Origin: Candidatus Bathyarchaeia archaeon
Lineage (GTDB): Archaea; Thermoproteota; Bathyarchaeia; 40CM-2-53-6
Reading direction: 5' to 3'
NCBI GenBank assembly: GCA_049513715.1
Contig: JBEKVV010000008.1
Span: forward strand, 23,071-87,070
DNA length: 64,000 nucleotides
Both the position numbers and the translations under genes were made by a program. Under the pieces are notes generated by a model, which was given only the letters and a program-made list of their open reading frames with translations, searched no databases and was not told where the DNA came from. How positions within the stretch are numbered: position 1 is the stretch's first letter; the number at the start of each line of letters is the position of its first letter. Below are positions 8,912-18,699 of this stretch, in pieces.

Positions 8912-9952
8912 TTAGCGCAGCATCGCCGGACAATGTTCTTCTAAGGCGTCAGTGAGAGCCTCGGCCACAACTCTATGACCGAGGGAGGTATAGTGTACGT
9001 CATCGGCAAAAACGCACTCTATGCGTTTCTTGCGTGGCAATTGTTTGAAATATGGCAAGACATCTACGACGAAACAATCCTTTGCGGGATCGTGCAGTTT
9101 CGCATACCGAACCAAATAGAGCGGTTTCAGGTCCCTGACGAAGTGACGATTGCTTGGCAGAGGAACAATGAATGTCGGTTTCCCGCCAACCTGTCTAATG
9201 AACCGTTCGATAATCGCGCGCATCAACTGCCAAGACGGACTGTCTTCGGATTCAAAGCTTTCTTGAGCATCCCCCATCAAAGCACGAGAAACCATACTGC
9301 TTACCGCACTCCGGCGCATCCACCGTGGAATCAGCGGATAAATCTTTTCATATACGAGAGCCCTTTCGCTTGCTGCTCCAAGTCGGCTTGAGGTCTCTTT
9401 CTCCGAAATGATCTCCTTTGGAACCGGTTGGTTGTGCAAAATCAAATCGCCATCATCAAGTGTGAAGTATGGCTTATGACGAAAGAAGACGTCGACGACG
9501 TTGATACCGCCAACACGCGTTCGAGAACCGAACTGGCAAACGTCGGTGACTATTCGCTGAATGTCAGAAAAGTATGGAGCGAGGATATACGCGTCTGCCT
9601 CAAATTCTTTTGCGAATGTCTCGTATATCAGCAGCTGCTGGTCTGTTCCGCTTCCTGAAAGAGCAAAGTTCATCACGTCCAAGTTGGGATGAGACTGTTC
9701 CAGAATATCAGAAAAACGATCCCGATTTGTCACACCATGACCAGCAGTATAGGAATCGCCGAATAATGCTATTCGACGCCGACCGATTGGGCTCTTTAAA
9801 GGATATTCCTTGTCAGCGCGCATCCCAATTGAATTGGTCCGGTGAAGGTACATGCGACGCCCCTCATGAAGAATCATTGCTTTCAGATTAGGAACGAACC
9901 ACCAACCGATCACTGGATGGTAGGCTGCTAGCCGTCTTTCCCAAATCGGCAA
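8912..9952 (-). CDS. SGNH/GDSL hydrolase family protein
   Basis: FGDSYTAG, NFALSGSG, DVHYTSLGH blocks. Confidence 0.85.
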   Translation of the reverse strand: MPIWERRLAAYHPVIGWWFVPNLKAMILHEGRRMYLHRTNSIGMRADKEYPLKSPIGRRRIALFGDSYTAGHGVTNRDRFSDILEQSHPNLDVMNFALSGSGTDQQLLIYETFAKEFEADAYILAPYFSDIQRIVTDVCQFGSRTRVGGINVVDVFFRHKPYFTLDDGDLILHNQPVPKEIISEKETSSRLGAASERALVYEKIYPLIPRWMRRSAVSSMVSRALMGDAQESFESEDSPSWQLMRAIIERFIRQVGGKPTFIVPLPSNRHFVRDLKPLYLVRYAKLHDPAKDCFVVDVLPYFKQLPRKKRIECVFADDVHYTSLGHRVVAEALTDALEEHCPAMLR

Positions 9953-10273
9953 ATTTGTTCTCCTAAGACAAGTTGTGCGGGGTTCGCTTACCTTATATTC
10001 ATTATGATCTCAGAGAATTGCTTATGGTCTTTTTCCTAGCTATGCAAGAACGCTCCAGTCTAGACGATCATCATCACCAGTCGGATAGGCTTCCCTCAGG
10101 CAGCAATTGCGGTCAGCATATTCCGCGCTGAAGTTGATGAGCCGATTTTCTATGGAACATGACCCACGCGCTCGGTATGAAGGTTTTCGAGTGGGAGCCA
10201 TAGGAGCAATAGGGCTGGCGAGCACCCGGCTCGGTATTATTGACATTGAAGGGGCGGCCTATCTCTTTCTTTC

Positions 10274-12178
10274 CTACGCTGGCCATTTGGGAGCATTTAT
10301 CGCGGTTATGAAGGCGTTTGCCGAGGGGTCATAATTCAGAAAAGCCCTAGTGTTGGTTCCCGAGTCGCGTATGTCGCCTTCTTCGAAATTGTTTTCGGTG
10401 AGAATATTGTTAACGCAATCCGAGCTGTGGATATTAACGCAGCCACCTGAGTTATTGTAGGTTCCGTTTGAGGATATCTTGTTATAATTGCAGTTCGTGT
10501 CAAGGTAGATTCCGATGCCTGCGTTTGAGTCTATGACGTTTCCGCTAATTAGATTCCGTGACGCGTCCGAGTAGAGGTATATTCCGTAGGAGCTACCGTT
10601 CTGTATATTGTTGCCAGTGATGCAGTTGTCTCGTGCATTGTAGACGTAGATTTGGGCAAGGGTTGAGCGGTAAATCTTATTTCCTACTATGTTCTGCCCT
10701 GAATTCTTAACGTAGATGCCGTATGTTGCGTTAGCATAAATCAAATTTCCAGACACGTTGCACTGAAGTCCACTCAACTCTATTCCTGCTTGAGTGTTTG
10801 AGTAGACAGTATTACCGGAGATTTCAACGTGAGGGCTAAGTATCATAATCCCGTCTCGCGAGTTGTTGTGGCAGTAATTTCCTGTGACTGTGATACGGTC
10901 GCAGTTCGTATAGACGTAAACGCCATCAATAGCGTTGCTGTAGAAAACGTTGTGGCTGATTATGGAGTCTGTGACGGTGTTGATGTAGACGCCGGAGCCG
11001 CTTGCCGAACTGTAACAAATGTTTCCCTCAATGATATGATAGGCACTTGTGGCGTCCCTTGCTAGGATGTTTGCGTCCACATTGCTCCAAGCCACGTTTC
11101 CCTTAACTCGACATGCACTGCTGCTCTGCAGAACGATGCCGCACGAAGCCGCCCCCGTCACAAAACAGTTCTGAACGATACAGTAACTGGACGCTGTGAT
11201 GAATATTCCGCACTGGTTCGTCCAAGTTCCTTGAAAGGTGTTGTTCGCCGTGTTGCCGTTAATGTAGAGGTCCCTGATTTCCACGTAATTATAGGTGTTC
11301 ACGGTGATGGCGTTGATGTATGTTGATTTAGGAATGAGCAGCCGAGTGGATTGCCCTTCACCTTGAATTATGGTTGAAGGTTGCGCAACAGCTAACGCGG
11401 CGGTTAGAGAATAAGACCCTGCCCTAATGAACACTAGACCGCCGGTTGTCGGGAGAGCAGACAAAGTTTTGTTTATGACGGTAGCGGCATCTATCTCTGA
11501 ATACTCAACTGCCCCCGTTATGCCGTTGAGTGACTTGATTGTTGTTCGGTCGATGAATATGATGCTGGTCGCTGGTTTCAGACCTAGGAGAGAACGGTCA
11601 CCACTGGTATATGCTAGGTTTTCAATCGCTTCGCCGCCAAGGAACACTCCGGCTGCCCCGGCTCCGATCCCGATTGCCCACTTGAGAAACTTGCGAAAGT
11701 TCCTGTCGACAGGCTTCTTGTCAGATGCTTTTGCCACCAACCCGACCGCGAAGAGCATCCACTTGACTTCGGGTTGGCCAAGCGCCATCCCCAAGATCAA
11801 CGCGAAAAATGGTGCGACGACTCTTATCCAGATAGGAATCTGAATCATTGCGCGCGTCAAGCAACGTGGCTTCCCATGAACCAACTTCCCGTTTACCGTG
11901 TTCGTCGCTCCCCGCTTGCGGCAGATTTGACAATGGCCGCTGGCGGCAATATTCTCATCACTGTGTGTGCCGTGATGACCCCATCTCGAATGGAAAACGT
12001 ATCTCGATTCGATTAGGAAGCTTCTCAACCTTGAAAGTGAGGATGGTCTCGCCTTCATCTCGTGGTGGAGATCGTATTCCTTACCACATTTCGTACAAGC
12101 ATAGAGTTTAGGAGCCCAAGGTCGTCTGTTGATGTGATGAAGCCTCACAATGGCATTGCAGCATGGACTACATCGCAT
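10274..12178 (-). CDS. Right-handed beta-helix protein (tailspike/NosD-like) with N-terminal membrane segments
   Basis: GGLVFIRAGSY, IIQGEGQST and many GN-x-I-x-x-N repeats; start uncertain (possibly ATG near 11848). Confidence 0.8.
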   Translation of the reverse strand: MRCSPCCNAIVRLHHINRRPWAPKLYACTKCGKEYDLHHEMKARPSSLSRLRSFLIESRYVFHSRWGHHGTHSDENIAASGHCQICRKRGATNTVNGKLVHGKPRCLTRAMIQIPIWIRVVAPFFALILGMALGQPEVKWMLFAVGLVAKASDKKPVDRNFRKFLKWAIGIGAGAAGVFLGGEAIENLAYTSGDRSLLGLKPATSIIFIDRTTIKSLNGITGAVEYSEIDAATVINKTLSALPTTGGLVFIRAGSYSLTAALAVAQPSTIIQGEGQSTRLLIPKSTYINAITVNTYNYVEIRDLYINGNTANNTFQGTWTNQCGIFITASSYCIVQNCFVTGAASCGIVLQSSSACRVKGNVAWSNVDANILARDATSAYHIIEGNICYSSASGSGVYINTVTDSIISHNVFYSNAIDGVYVYTNCDRITVTGNYCHNNSRDGIMILSPHVEISGNTVYSNTQAGIELSGLQCNVSGNLIYANATYGIYVKNSGQNIVGNKIYRSTLAQIYVYNARDNCITGNNIQNGSSYGIYLYSDASRNLISGNVIDSNAGIGIYLDTNCNYNKISSNGTYNNSGGCVNIHSSDCVNNILTENNFEEGDIRDSGTNTRAFLNYDPSANAFITAINAPKWPA

Positions 12179-12218
12179 CTTCTAAGATGACTCCTTCATG
12201 CTGGCTTGTCCCATGGCT

Positions 12219-13445
12219 CTAGTCCACTCGCGGAACGATGCCGCTCAGCGCATCTCGCGCCCGCCGACTCGCAAAACTGTATAGGGACCTTACCGTCGTT
12301 TCGAACCACGCCTTCGTGCCAACCCTCCTACGCAGGCGCAGTAGCCATTTTGTATCACACACCCGTAGGCAGCCCTCCATTTCCGTACCAAGCAAAAGCT
12401 GCTCGCTTTTGCTGCTTTCGCACAAGGCCATCCTGGAAAAGGTTCGTAGACCTGTGAGACGGGTGAGGTCGACGTAATACAGATCGCTCTCGGCTCCATA
12501 GAGCAGAAGTGCGGATCTCCCGAGGGTCGAAGAGACACCTATGAATGATAGAAACCTGTTATCAATTATCGTGGGATATCTTAAAGCAAATCCCCTTATG
12601 GGCATGCTGATGCGCTTGATCTCCAAACTCTCGCCATCGAATCTTGCAGCGTAGAAGCCATTATCGGATGAAACTACAATCGTACTCGAATTCTTCCAAG
12701 TCAGCAGCGAGATATTTCTTGCAGGGGATGCCAGCAAGTACGTTTTCCGTATGCTATACGTTCCCGAGGGTTCCTCCTTGAGCACGTGAATTTCACCTGA
12801 GTCTCTGCTGGTTATAATCACCATGTCATTCATGGCTATACCGTCGTATATCGCGGATGCCTCTTCGCTAGTGAAAACAGAGCGCCAAGTCTTCCCTCTG
12901 TCACTCGATTTGAGGAGGACGCCTGAGTCAGGTACGACTCGTATCTTCCCCCGCCTTCCTCCACCACCCTTCCCTACTCCCAAGAACAACTCGTCCGGTC
13001 TACTAGTATTGCGGAAAAAATGACTCGCATACGTGTACATGTGATTGGAGTATCTGATCTCGGGTTTCGGATCTGCAACATTACATGAGACGATGGCCAA
13101 TCCCAAGAACCCATCTGTATAGAATTTGGTGCTCCACATTGGAACGAAAATTTCCTCCTCGTAGAGCAGCGGTTGTCCCGTCGTATCCAATCCTTCTGCC
13201 GACAGAGTGTTCAAATCAGCTAGCAAAGCATATTCCCTTCCCTCATTTGATAGCTCGTAAAGGCCAGCTTTACCTTCGGCCCACGGCCTTGCTTTTCCGA
13301 CTGTGAAACCTGCGAAAGCTCGCCCACCTTGTGTTCTCATAGGCCATACTCGAAGGTATTCCGAAAACCTGTGTCCTATCATTCCCGCATTATCCTTCAG
13401 ACGGTCGTTACTGGACACGTCTCTTGCTTCCTTTGACGATTTCAT
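12219..13445 (-). CDS. Hypothetical protein with an Asp-box (possible beta-propeller)
   Basis: LLKSSDRGKTWRSV fits the S-x-D-x-G-x-T-W motif. Confidence 0.5.
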   Translation of the reverse strand: MKSSKEARDVSSNDRLKDNAGMIGHRFSEYLRVWPMRTQGGRAFAGFTVGKARPWAEGKAGLYELSNEGREYALLADLNTLSAEGLDTTGQPLLYEEEIFVPMWSTKFYTDGFLGLAIVSCNVADPKPEIRYSNHMYTYASHFFRNTSRPDELFLGVGKGGGGRRGKIRVVPDSGVLLKSSDRGKTWRSVFTSEEASAIYDGIAMNDMVIITSRDSGEIHVLKEEPSGTYSIRKTYLLASPARNISLLTWKNSSTIVVSSDNGFYAARFDGESLEIKRISMPIRGFALRYPTIIDNRFLSFIGVSSTLGRSALLLYGAESDLYYVDLTRLTGLRTFSRMALCESSKSEQLLLGTEMEGCLRVCDTKWLLRLRRRVGTKAWFETTVRSLYSFASRRARDALSGIVPRVD

Positions 13446-14649
13446 CCATGAATATAGCCAACTTCTCGGTTTGTTTCTCTCTGGAAAAGGACCTGATATC
13501 GTTCAATCTCTTAATCGCAAGTGGGAATCGAAGCAATCCTTTCAAGAGGTTCTTGATCTGAACCGGGTCGGGTCTTACAGTTGCGCCGACATCGTATTTG
13601 GCTATCAGGCGGGCTGCTTCCCCGTCTTCCTCGCCGACATTTATTATTGGCTTTCCGGCAGCCAAATACTCGTATATCTTCCACGTCAGTGTTTGGTTCC
13701 ATCCAGGAATGCACAGGAGATACTCAACACCTTTCATGTAGCTCCAGACTTCACGACGAGGCATGTGGCCAATGATTCTCACGATTGAGTCTAGATTGGA
13801 TTTCCTCACTTGATCCGCAATCTCGATAGGAACAAAACCTGTCAGTATGACCTCGAACTTGTCGGATAGCGTGCCGATTTCCTTGGACAGAATCGTAAGC
13901 GCTTCCAAGAACCTTAGCATGTGACCAACTCTGTCTCGATATAGCGAACCTGCGTGAAGTATGTGTATCTTGTGATCCGCGAAGGTGCAAGGTTTAGCAT
14001 CAAGGATATCAAGGAGGAATCCGTTTCTCACTATTTCTGCTCTCTTTCTTTTGGCGATAGGGAAGTCGTCAAACAACATATCTCTTACACCGTCACCGAC
14101 AGTCACGATCCCATCGGAACATGTCAGGACGGCGTTCTCCAACGACATCTCAAGTTTCTTGTGCAGTGCGGACGGATGTGCAACGATGGAATTCCAAGGG
14201 TCTCTGTAATCAAGTATCAGGGGTACACCGTACCTCCTGCTTAGCATGGCTCCAATAATCAAGCTCGACGGCGGAGAGTACGAGGCTAGAATGCAATCTA
14301 TTTGTTCCCTCTCGATCAATTTTCGGCCGAGCAGATAAGCATGAGGAATCCATCCAAGCGTCTCGTCAAAAGCAAGAAAGATCCTAGGATCTACACCCAG
14401 CTTCTTCAAACCAAAGTAAACCACTTCAAATTGCAGATCAACAGCTCTACACACGTGATGGGTATCGAACGGACGGTAAAGTTCAGCGTCGAGCCTCGAG
14501 TGCCCGAAATACGGAAACGGGTTCTTTACGGTAAGAAGAAAGGGTTCCCAATCATAAGCCGGAAGATATTTCATAAACCCGTAGATCCTGTCGCTCGGTG
14601 CACTAAGAAGTGGCGGCGACTCGTACGATATCAGCAATAGCTTCTTCAA
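13408..14649 (-). CDS. Glycosyltransferase family 4
   Basis: LLLISYESPP, LDYRDPW, HAGSLY, KIYEYLAAGKPII. Confidence 0.9.
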   Translation of the reverse strand: MKKLLLISYESPPLLSAPSDRIYGFMKYLPAYDWEPFLLTVKNPFPYFGHSRLDAELYRPFDTHHVCRAVDLQFEVVYFGLKKLGVDPRIFLAFDETLGWIPHAYLLGRKLIEREQIDCILASYSPPSSLIIGAMLSRRYGVPLILDYRDPWNSIVAHPSALHKKLEMSLENAVLTCSDGIVTVGDGVRDMLFDDFPIAKRKRAEIVRNGFLLDILDAKPCTFADHKIHILHAGSLYRDRVGHMLRFLEALTILSKEIGTLSDKFEVILTGFVPIEIADQVRKSNLDSIVRIIGHMPRREVWSYMKGVEYLLCIPGWNQTLTWKIYEYLAAGKPIINVGEEDGEAARLIAKYDVGATVRPDPVQIKNLLKGLLRFPLAIKRLNDIRSFSREKQTEKLAIFMDEIVKGSKRRVQ

Positions 14650-16403
14650 CTTGCAAAAATCACGGACACTTGACTTTCCCCGTTGTCACAGATTTTTCCT
14701 ACCGAGGGGTTTGAAAGAAAGACCTGAATATCTTCTGGAGTGTATCTCTGTAGCTGGGGATACAATTCTTGATAGATCCGCGTAACGCTCGTGTCATATG
14801 TGACATAAATTGGGCCTCTAGTACTAGCGTAGAGAGCTCTTATCTGATCCACGTTCCCGTAGGCGAGATGGTCAGGCAGGGTCGGAACAAGTTCGCGATA
14901 CCCTCTTTCGGTTTCGTATTCACTCCAGCCTGATACAGATATGTACAGGTCCTTTGTGCTGTAGCTGTTGAATGGCGCCACCGCAAGCCTGTAGCTCGGG
15001 TGGTATTCTTGGATCCACCGCACCGAATATATCATCTCGTAGGTGACTTGGTCATTCGGCCTGATCACATAGGGCGATGGGTAGAGCAAAGCCAAAGACG
15101 AGGCCCACAGAAGAACAATAATAGTCAGGGCCAAGAAGCGAGCAAGTCGAACATCACGAATCCTCCTTACAACGTATAGAAACGTCCAGATCGCTGCTGG
15201 CAAGGAACTCAAGACCGCGAACCAGTAAAACCTGAAGGGCGTAAATCCTATGTTGCCAACAAGAAGAAGTACAAACGTGAACGCTGAGCTCACGATTGCG
15301 AAGGGATACAGGATCCTCAATTTGGTCCGCAGTCTCGCGTTACCTTTCGCATATTTCGCCATTATTGGATAGCTTAGCACTGCAAGACCCAACACGAGGG
15401 CTCCATGACCATACAGTTTTGCCCCGAGCTCAATTGTGCCTATCAGCGTCAGATTCAGTTTTCCTAGTGTTTGAACCACATCAGTTATTCGCGCCTCGGC
15501 AGTGAACATGTTTGACACGGCCGTGACTACGTCTCTAAACCAAGCGAAGTAGACAATCCATGCCCCCAGAGTAACTGCTATCAGCACGGACATGCGCCGA
15601 AACATTACGGAAAACGGCTTTGTTACGAGCGCCGAGGCTGCCAACAGTGATATCATGAGCAAGACAGCAGTCAGAGGATGGTAGAGCGGCATTGAGAAGA
15701 GGAGTATGATAAGAACCAATGTCCTCGATGTGGTGAAGGTCCCTAGCAGCAGATACACTACTATGGCGCTCAGTTCCAGTGTCATGAAGAATGGAATCGT
15801 ATAACCGAAGAACTGGGGGAGCCAGAAAACGCAAGCAAGGCCGCGCACCACTCCCGCTGTAAGAGGATCATGATGGTGCTCGATTTGCTTCGCTGCTAAT
15901 GACGTCCCGAGCGCGAAAATGCCCCACATGACAGGGCTCAAGATCGCGAGCACCAAGCGAGGTTCCGTGCCAAGTATGAGAGATAACTGTGAGACCAGTA
16001 TGTGTGAGAGCGGATAGAAGTCGTTGTAGGAAGTGGTGCCATTTCTGAGTATATCTACCACATAACCGACGAATGAAGAACTATCATACTGCCCATACAT
16101 GTAGTAACCCTTAATGGAAGGCAAAGAAATGAAGATGACATTCATTACGCAGAAAATCATGGTGATGGTGTTGAATGCCCACAAACGTCCCCTTATCACC
16201 CAGACGTATGAGACCACCGCGGCTAGCGCAAGCGGCACAAATGCGTAAGCATTCAGCCCAGCGTAGATAGAGAGTTCGTAGCCGGAGGATCTTTGCGTAG
16301 TAATTGCTAACAGCATTACGGAAAGTGCTCCCGCGCATGCGACCAATGTCCAGCTCAGAGAATGCTTATCCATCAAACCCAAGCCCTCATTCCTTTCGTC
16401 CAT
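14646..16403 (-). CDS. Polytopic membrane protein (GT-C/Wzy-like)
   Basis: 12 or more hydrophobic segments; loop GQYDSSSF...FYPLSHIL; soluble C-terminal domain; lies within a GT operon. Confidence 0.6.
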   Translation of the reverse strand: MDERNEGLGLMDKHSLSWTLVACAGALSVMLLAITTQRSSGYELSIYAGLNAYAFVPLALAAVVSYVWVIRGRLWAFNTITMIFCVMNVIFISLPSIKGYYMYGQYDSSSFVGYVVDILRNGTTSYNDFYPLSHILVSQLSLILGTEPRLVLAILSPVMWGIFALGTSLAAKQIEHHHDPLTAGVVRGLACVFWLPQFFGYTIPFFMTLELSAIVVYLLLGTFTTSRTLVLIILLFSMPLYHPLTAVLLMISLLAASALVTKPFSVMFRRMSVLIAVTLGAWIVYFAWFRDVVTAVSNMFTAEARITDVVQTLGKLNLTLIGTIELGAKLYGHGALVLGLAVLSYPIMAKYAKGNARLRTKLRILYPFAIVSSAFTFVLLLVGNIGFTPFRFYWFAVLSSLPAAIWTFLYVVRRIRDVRLARFLALTIIVLLWASSLALLYPSPYVIRPNDQVTYEMIYSVRWIQEYHPSYRLAVAPFNSYSTKDLYISVSGWSEYETERGYRELVPTLPDHLAYGNVDQIRALYASTRGPIYVTYDTSVTRIYQELYPQLQRYTPEDIQVFLSNPSVGKICDNGESQVSVIFAS

Positions 16404-16560
16404 CTAGTATTTCAGCAGTATCAACAAACCTTTGCCATAGGTCGCGATTTTACGGTTGGTCCCGAAATGATTACTCTTGCAGAGAAATGCAATCGCAGGA
16501 GCGCGGAGTTCGGCGAGTTCCCACTCTGCAACATTTGAACTGATCGTCATGATCCGTCGG

Positions 16561-17730
16561 TCATGACGATCGCCTTTGTGGCAATGACCGCGCTTGCTTG
16601 GCCCAAGCGTCGCGCATTCTTCTGACCAGCTCGCTTGATGCTCGTTGCCAATCGACTCTCCCTACTATGTCTTCCATTGCCTTTAGAGCGATCTGCTTGC
16701 GCTCAGCGGGATTGTTTGCCAAGCGAAGAACTGCTCTCGCAAGTCCATCTGAATCTCGCGCTTCGAATGTAAGCCCATTGATACCTTCGGATATCCATTC
16801 TGCATTCCCATCGACGGATGTGACCACTACGGGGACTCCTAGAAACATGGCTTCAAGAAGACTTGCCGAGGTGCCATCGCTCAGCGATGTGGATAGATAG
16901 ATGTCGCAGTCCTTCAAATATCCCAAAAGCTTCCCCCTTGGAACACTTCCTGCAAAATGGACAAACTGTTCAACCTCTAATTCGTGTGCCAGCCTGATGA
17001 GTTGAGCAGAAAGTGTACCTGTTCCGAAGATCAAGAATCGAAGATTACTAAAACGTTTCAGCATACTCGGAACTGCTCGTATCAGGGTATCTACGGCATA
17101 CTGCGGTTCATGATTGCGAACACTCACGACAATCGTCTTTCCATTCCAGCCCAACCTTCGGCGGAAACTCGGGTCGGAAGTTGTCTTGCGAAAGTCGTTC
17201 AAGTCGACCCATGGGAAAGACACGATTTTCTCTGGAAAGCAGCCCAGGGATAGAACGGCCCTCCTTTGAACCTCGCTATCAACAATCACCAAGTCGGCTG
17301 ATCTAACGATGAGGGTTGTTATCCAGCGATGAAGGGGCGAGTAACCCGGCTCAACTACGACGTCTGATCCATACGCGAATAGTATGAAAGGTCTCCATCG
17401 GCACGCTGATGCATAGAGACCGTAGGTCGTAACGTAGTTACCTATGACTATGTCAGGTTCTAACGAACCAAGACAGACGCGGAATTGAACTATGCGCCAG
17501 AACGTTCCAACTGCTATTCTTAGCTTATCCAGTTTGCGAATTCTTGAGGGCTTTCCGAAATCCGAGAGTCGGACAGTGCGCGTCCCATCTGGAACGTTCG
17601 CAGGAGTCGTGAAGGTCAATAAGTAGGTTTGGAACTGCGACGAAAGGCGTTTGAGGAAGAATGAGTCGTACGGGCTCGTCCCGTCATGGGCGAAGACTAG
17701 ACGAAGTTGAGTGGAACTAGCTTTGTTCAA
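16561..17730 (-). CDS. Glycosyltransferase family 4
   Basis: AYGSDV, SLSDGTSASLLEAMFLGVPVV. Confidence 0.9.
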   Translation of the reverse strand: MNKASSTQLRLVFAHDGTSPYDSFFLKRLSSQFQTYLLTFTTPANVPDGTRTVRLSDFGKPSRIRKLDKLRIAVGTFWRIVQFRVCLGSLEPDIVIGNYVTTYGLYASACRWRPFILFAYGSDVVVEPGYSPLHRWITTLIVRSADLVIVDSEVQRRAVLSLGCFPEKIVSFPWVDLNDFRKTTSDPSFRRRLGWNGKTIVVSVRNHEPQYAVDTLIRAVPSMLKRFSNLRFLIFGTGTLSAQLIRLAHELEVEQFVHFAGSVPRGKLLGYLKDCDIYLSTSLSDGTSASLLEAMFLGVPVVVTSVDGNAEWISEGINGLTFEARDSDGLARAVLRLANNPAERKQIALKAMEDIVGRVDWQRASSELVRRMRDAWAKQARSLPQRRSS

Positions 17731-17769
17731 TGGTCAAGTCCGTGGTTAGATGAAAGGTGCCGGATTGGC

Positions 17770-18699
17770 TTATTCTTGGGAGCCACGAGCATACTCAATG
17801 TAGGCAGCAAGACCTTCAGTGAACGGTATCTTCGGGGACCATTCAAGGAGCTTATCTGCCTTCTCTATACTCGTCTGCACGCCTCTGAAGTCTCCCGGTC
17901 TAGGCGGTTCATGTTTGACGGGAATTGGGCCGAATGTCCCACTGAGCATGTCTACTATTTGTGATATCGTCACGAACTCCTTGCCAGCGAGATTTATGAT
18001 CTGGTTCTTCGCGGTTTGTTTTAGGACTAAAGGGTGGGCCTGCGCCAAATCGGCTGTGTAAATCCAACATCGTCCTTGTTCACCCTCACCATAGACTGTT
18101 ATGGGCTCCTTCCGAATTGCTCTTCGCACAAACGCTGCAATAGCAGTGTTCGCTCGCATTCTTGGTCCATAGGGTATGTCATACCTTAGTATTGTGTAGG
18201 GAAGCGAATGGATTTGGGCAAAAGAGCACACTAGATGTTCCTGGCCGATTTTCGTCTTGGTATAGACATCGCTGGGGAACGGAATCGGGGTCTCTTCTGT
18301 GACCGTTCCGTTTGCTTTGCCGTAGACCCAGACTGTGGATGCGAGTATGAATCTCTCTGCCTCTCGTCCTAGACAGGCTCGGATCAAGTTCAGTGTACCT
18401 ATTTCGTTGACTTGAAGGCATAGCTTTGGGTCAGTCGCAGCGACGTTGACGTCGGCGATAGCTGCGATGTGAAAGACCGCCTCGACGTCCTGAGTTGCAT
18501 CATGAACTTCCGTTTCCGAAAGCAAATCGCCTTTGACCCATTCCGCCTTATCATTCAGGGGCTTGACTTTGTCGAAGACTCGGACGGTGAAACCTTCTGC
18601 CAGCAGGGCGTCGACCACGTGGCTCCCTATGAACCCTGACCCGCCTGTTACCAACAATACCAAGGTTATTTCAACTCGCGATCCGTGAGAGGACCTCAC
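17770..18699 (-). CDS. NAD-dependent epimerase/dehydratase
   Basis: VTGGSGFIGSH, YTKTK, YGP. Confidence 0.92.
   Translation of the reverse strand: MRSSHGSRVEITLVLLVTGGSGFIGSHVVDALLAEGFTVRVFDKVKPLNDKAEWVKGDLLSETEVHDATQDVEAVFHIAAIADVNVAATDPKLCLQVNEIGTLNLIRACLGREAERFILASTVWVYGKANGTVTEETPIPFPSDVYTKTKIGQEHLVCSFAQIHSLPYTILRYDIPYGPRMRANTAIAAFVRRAIRKEPITVYGEGEQGRCWIYTADLAQAHPLVLKQTAKNQIINLAGKEFVTISQIVDMLSGTFGPIPVKHEPPRPGDFRGVQTSIEKADKLLEWSPKIPFTEGLAAYIEYARGSQE

Noticed and set aside
6636-9952. Saxitoxin biosynthesis
   Set aside because: Only the sxtIJKL-like accessory module is present; no sxtA/sxtG core genes, and the context is glycan synthesis.
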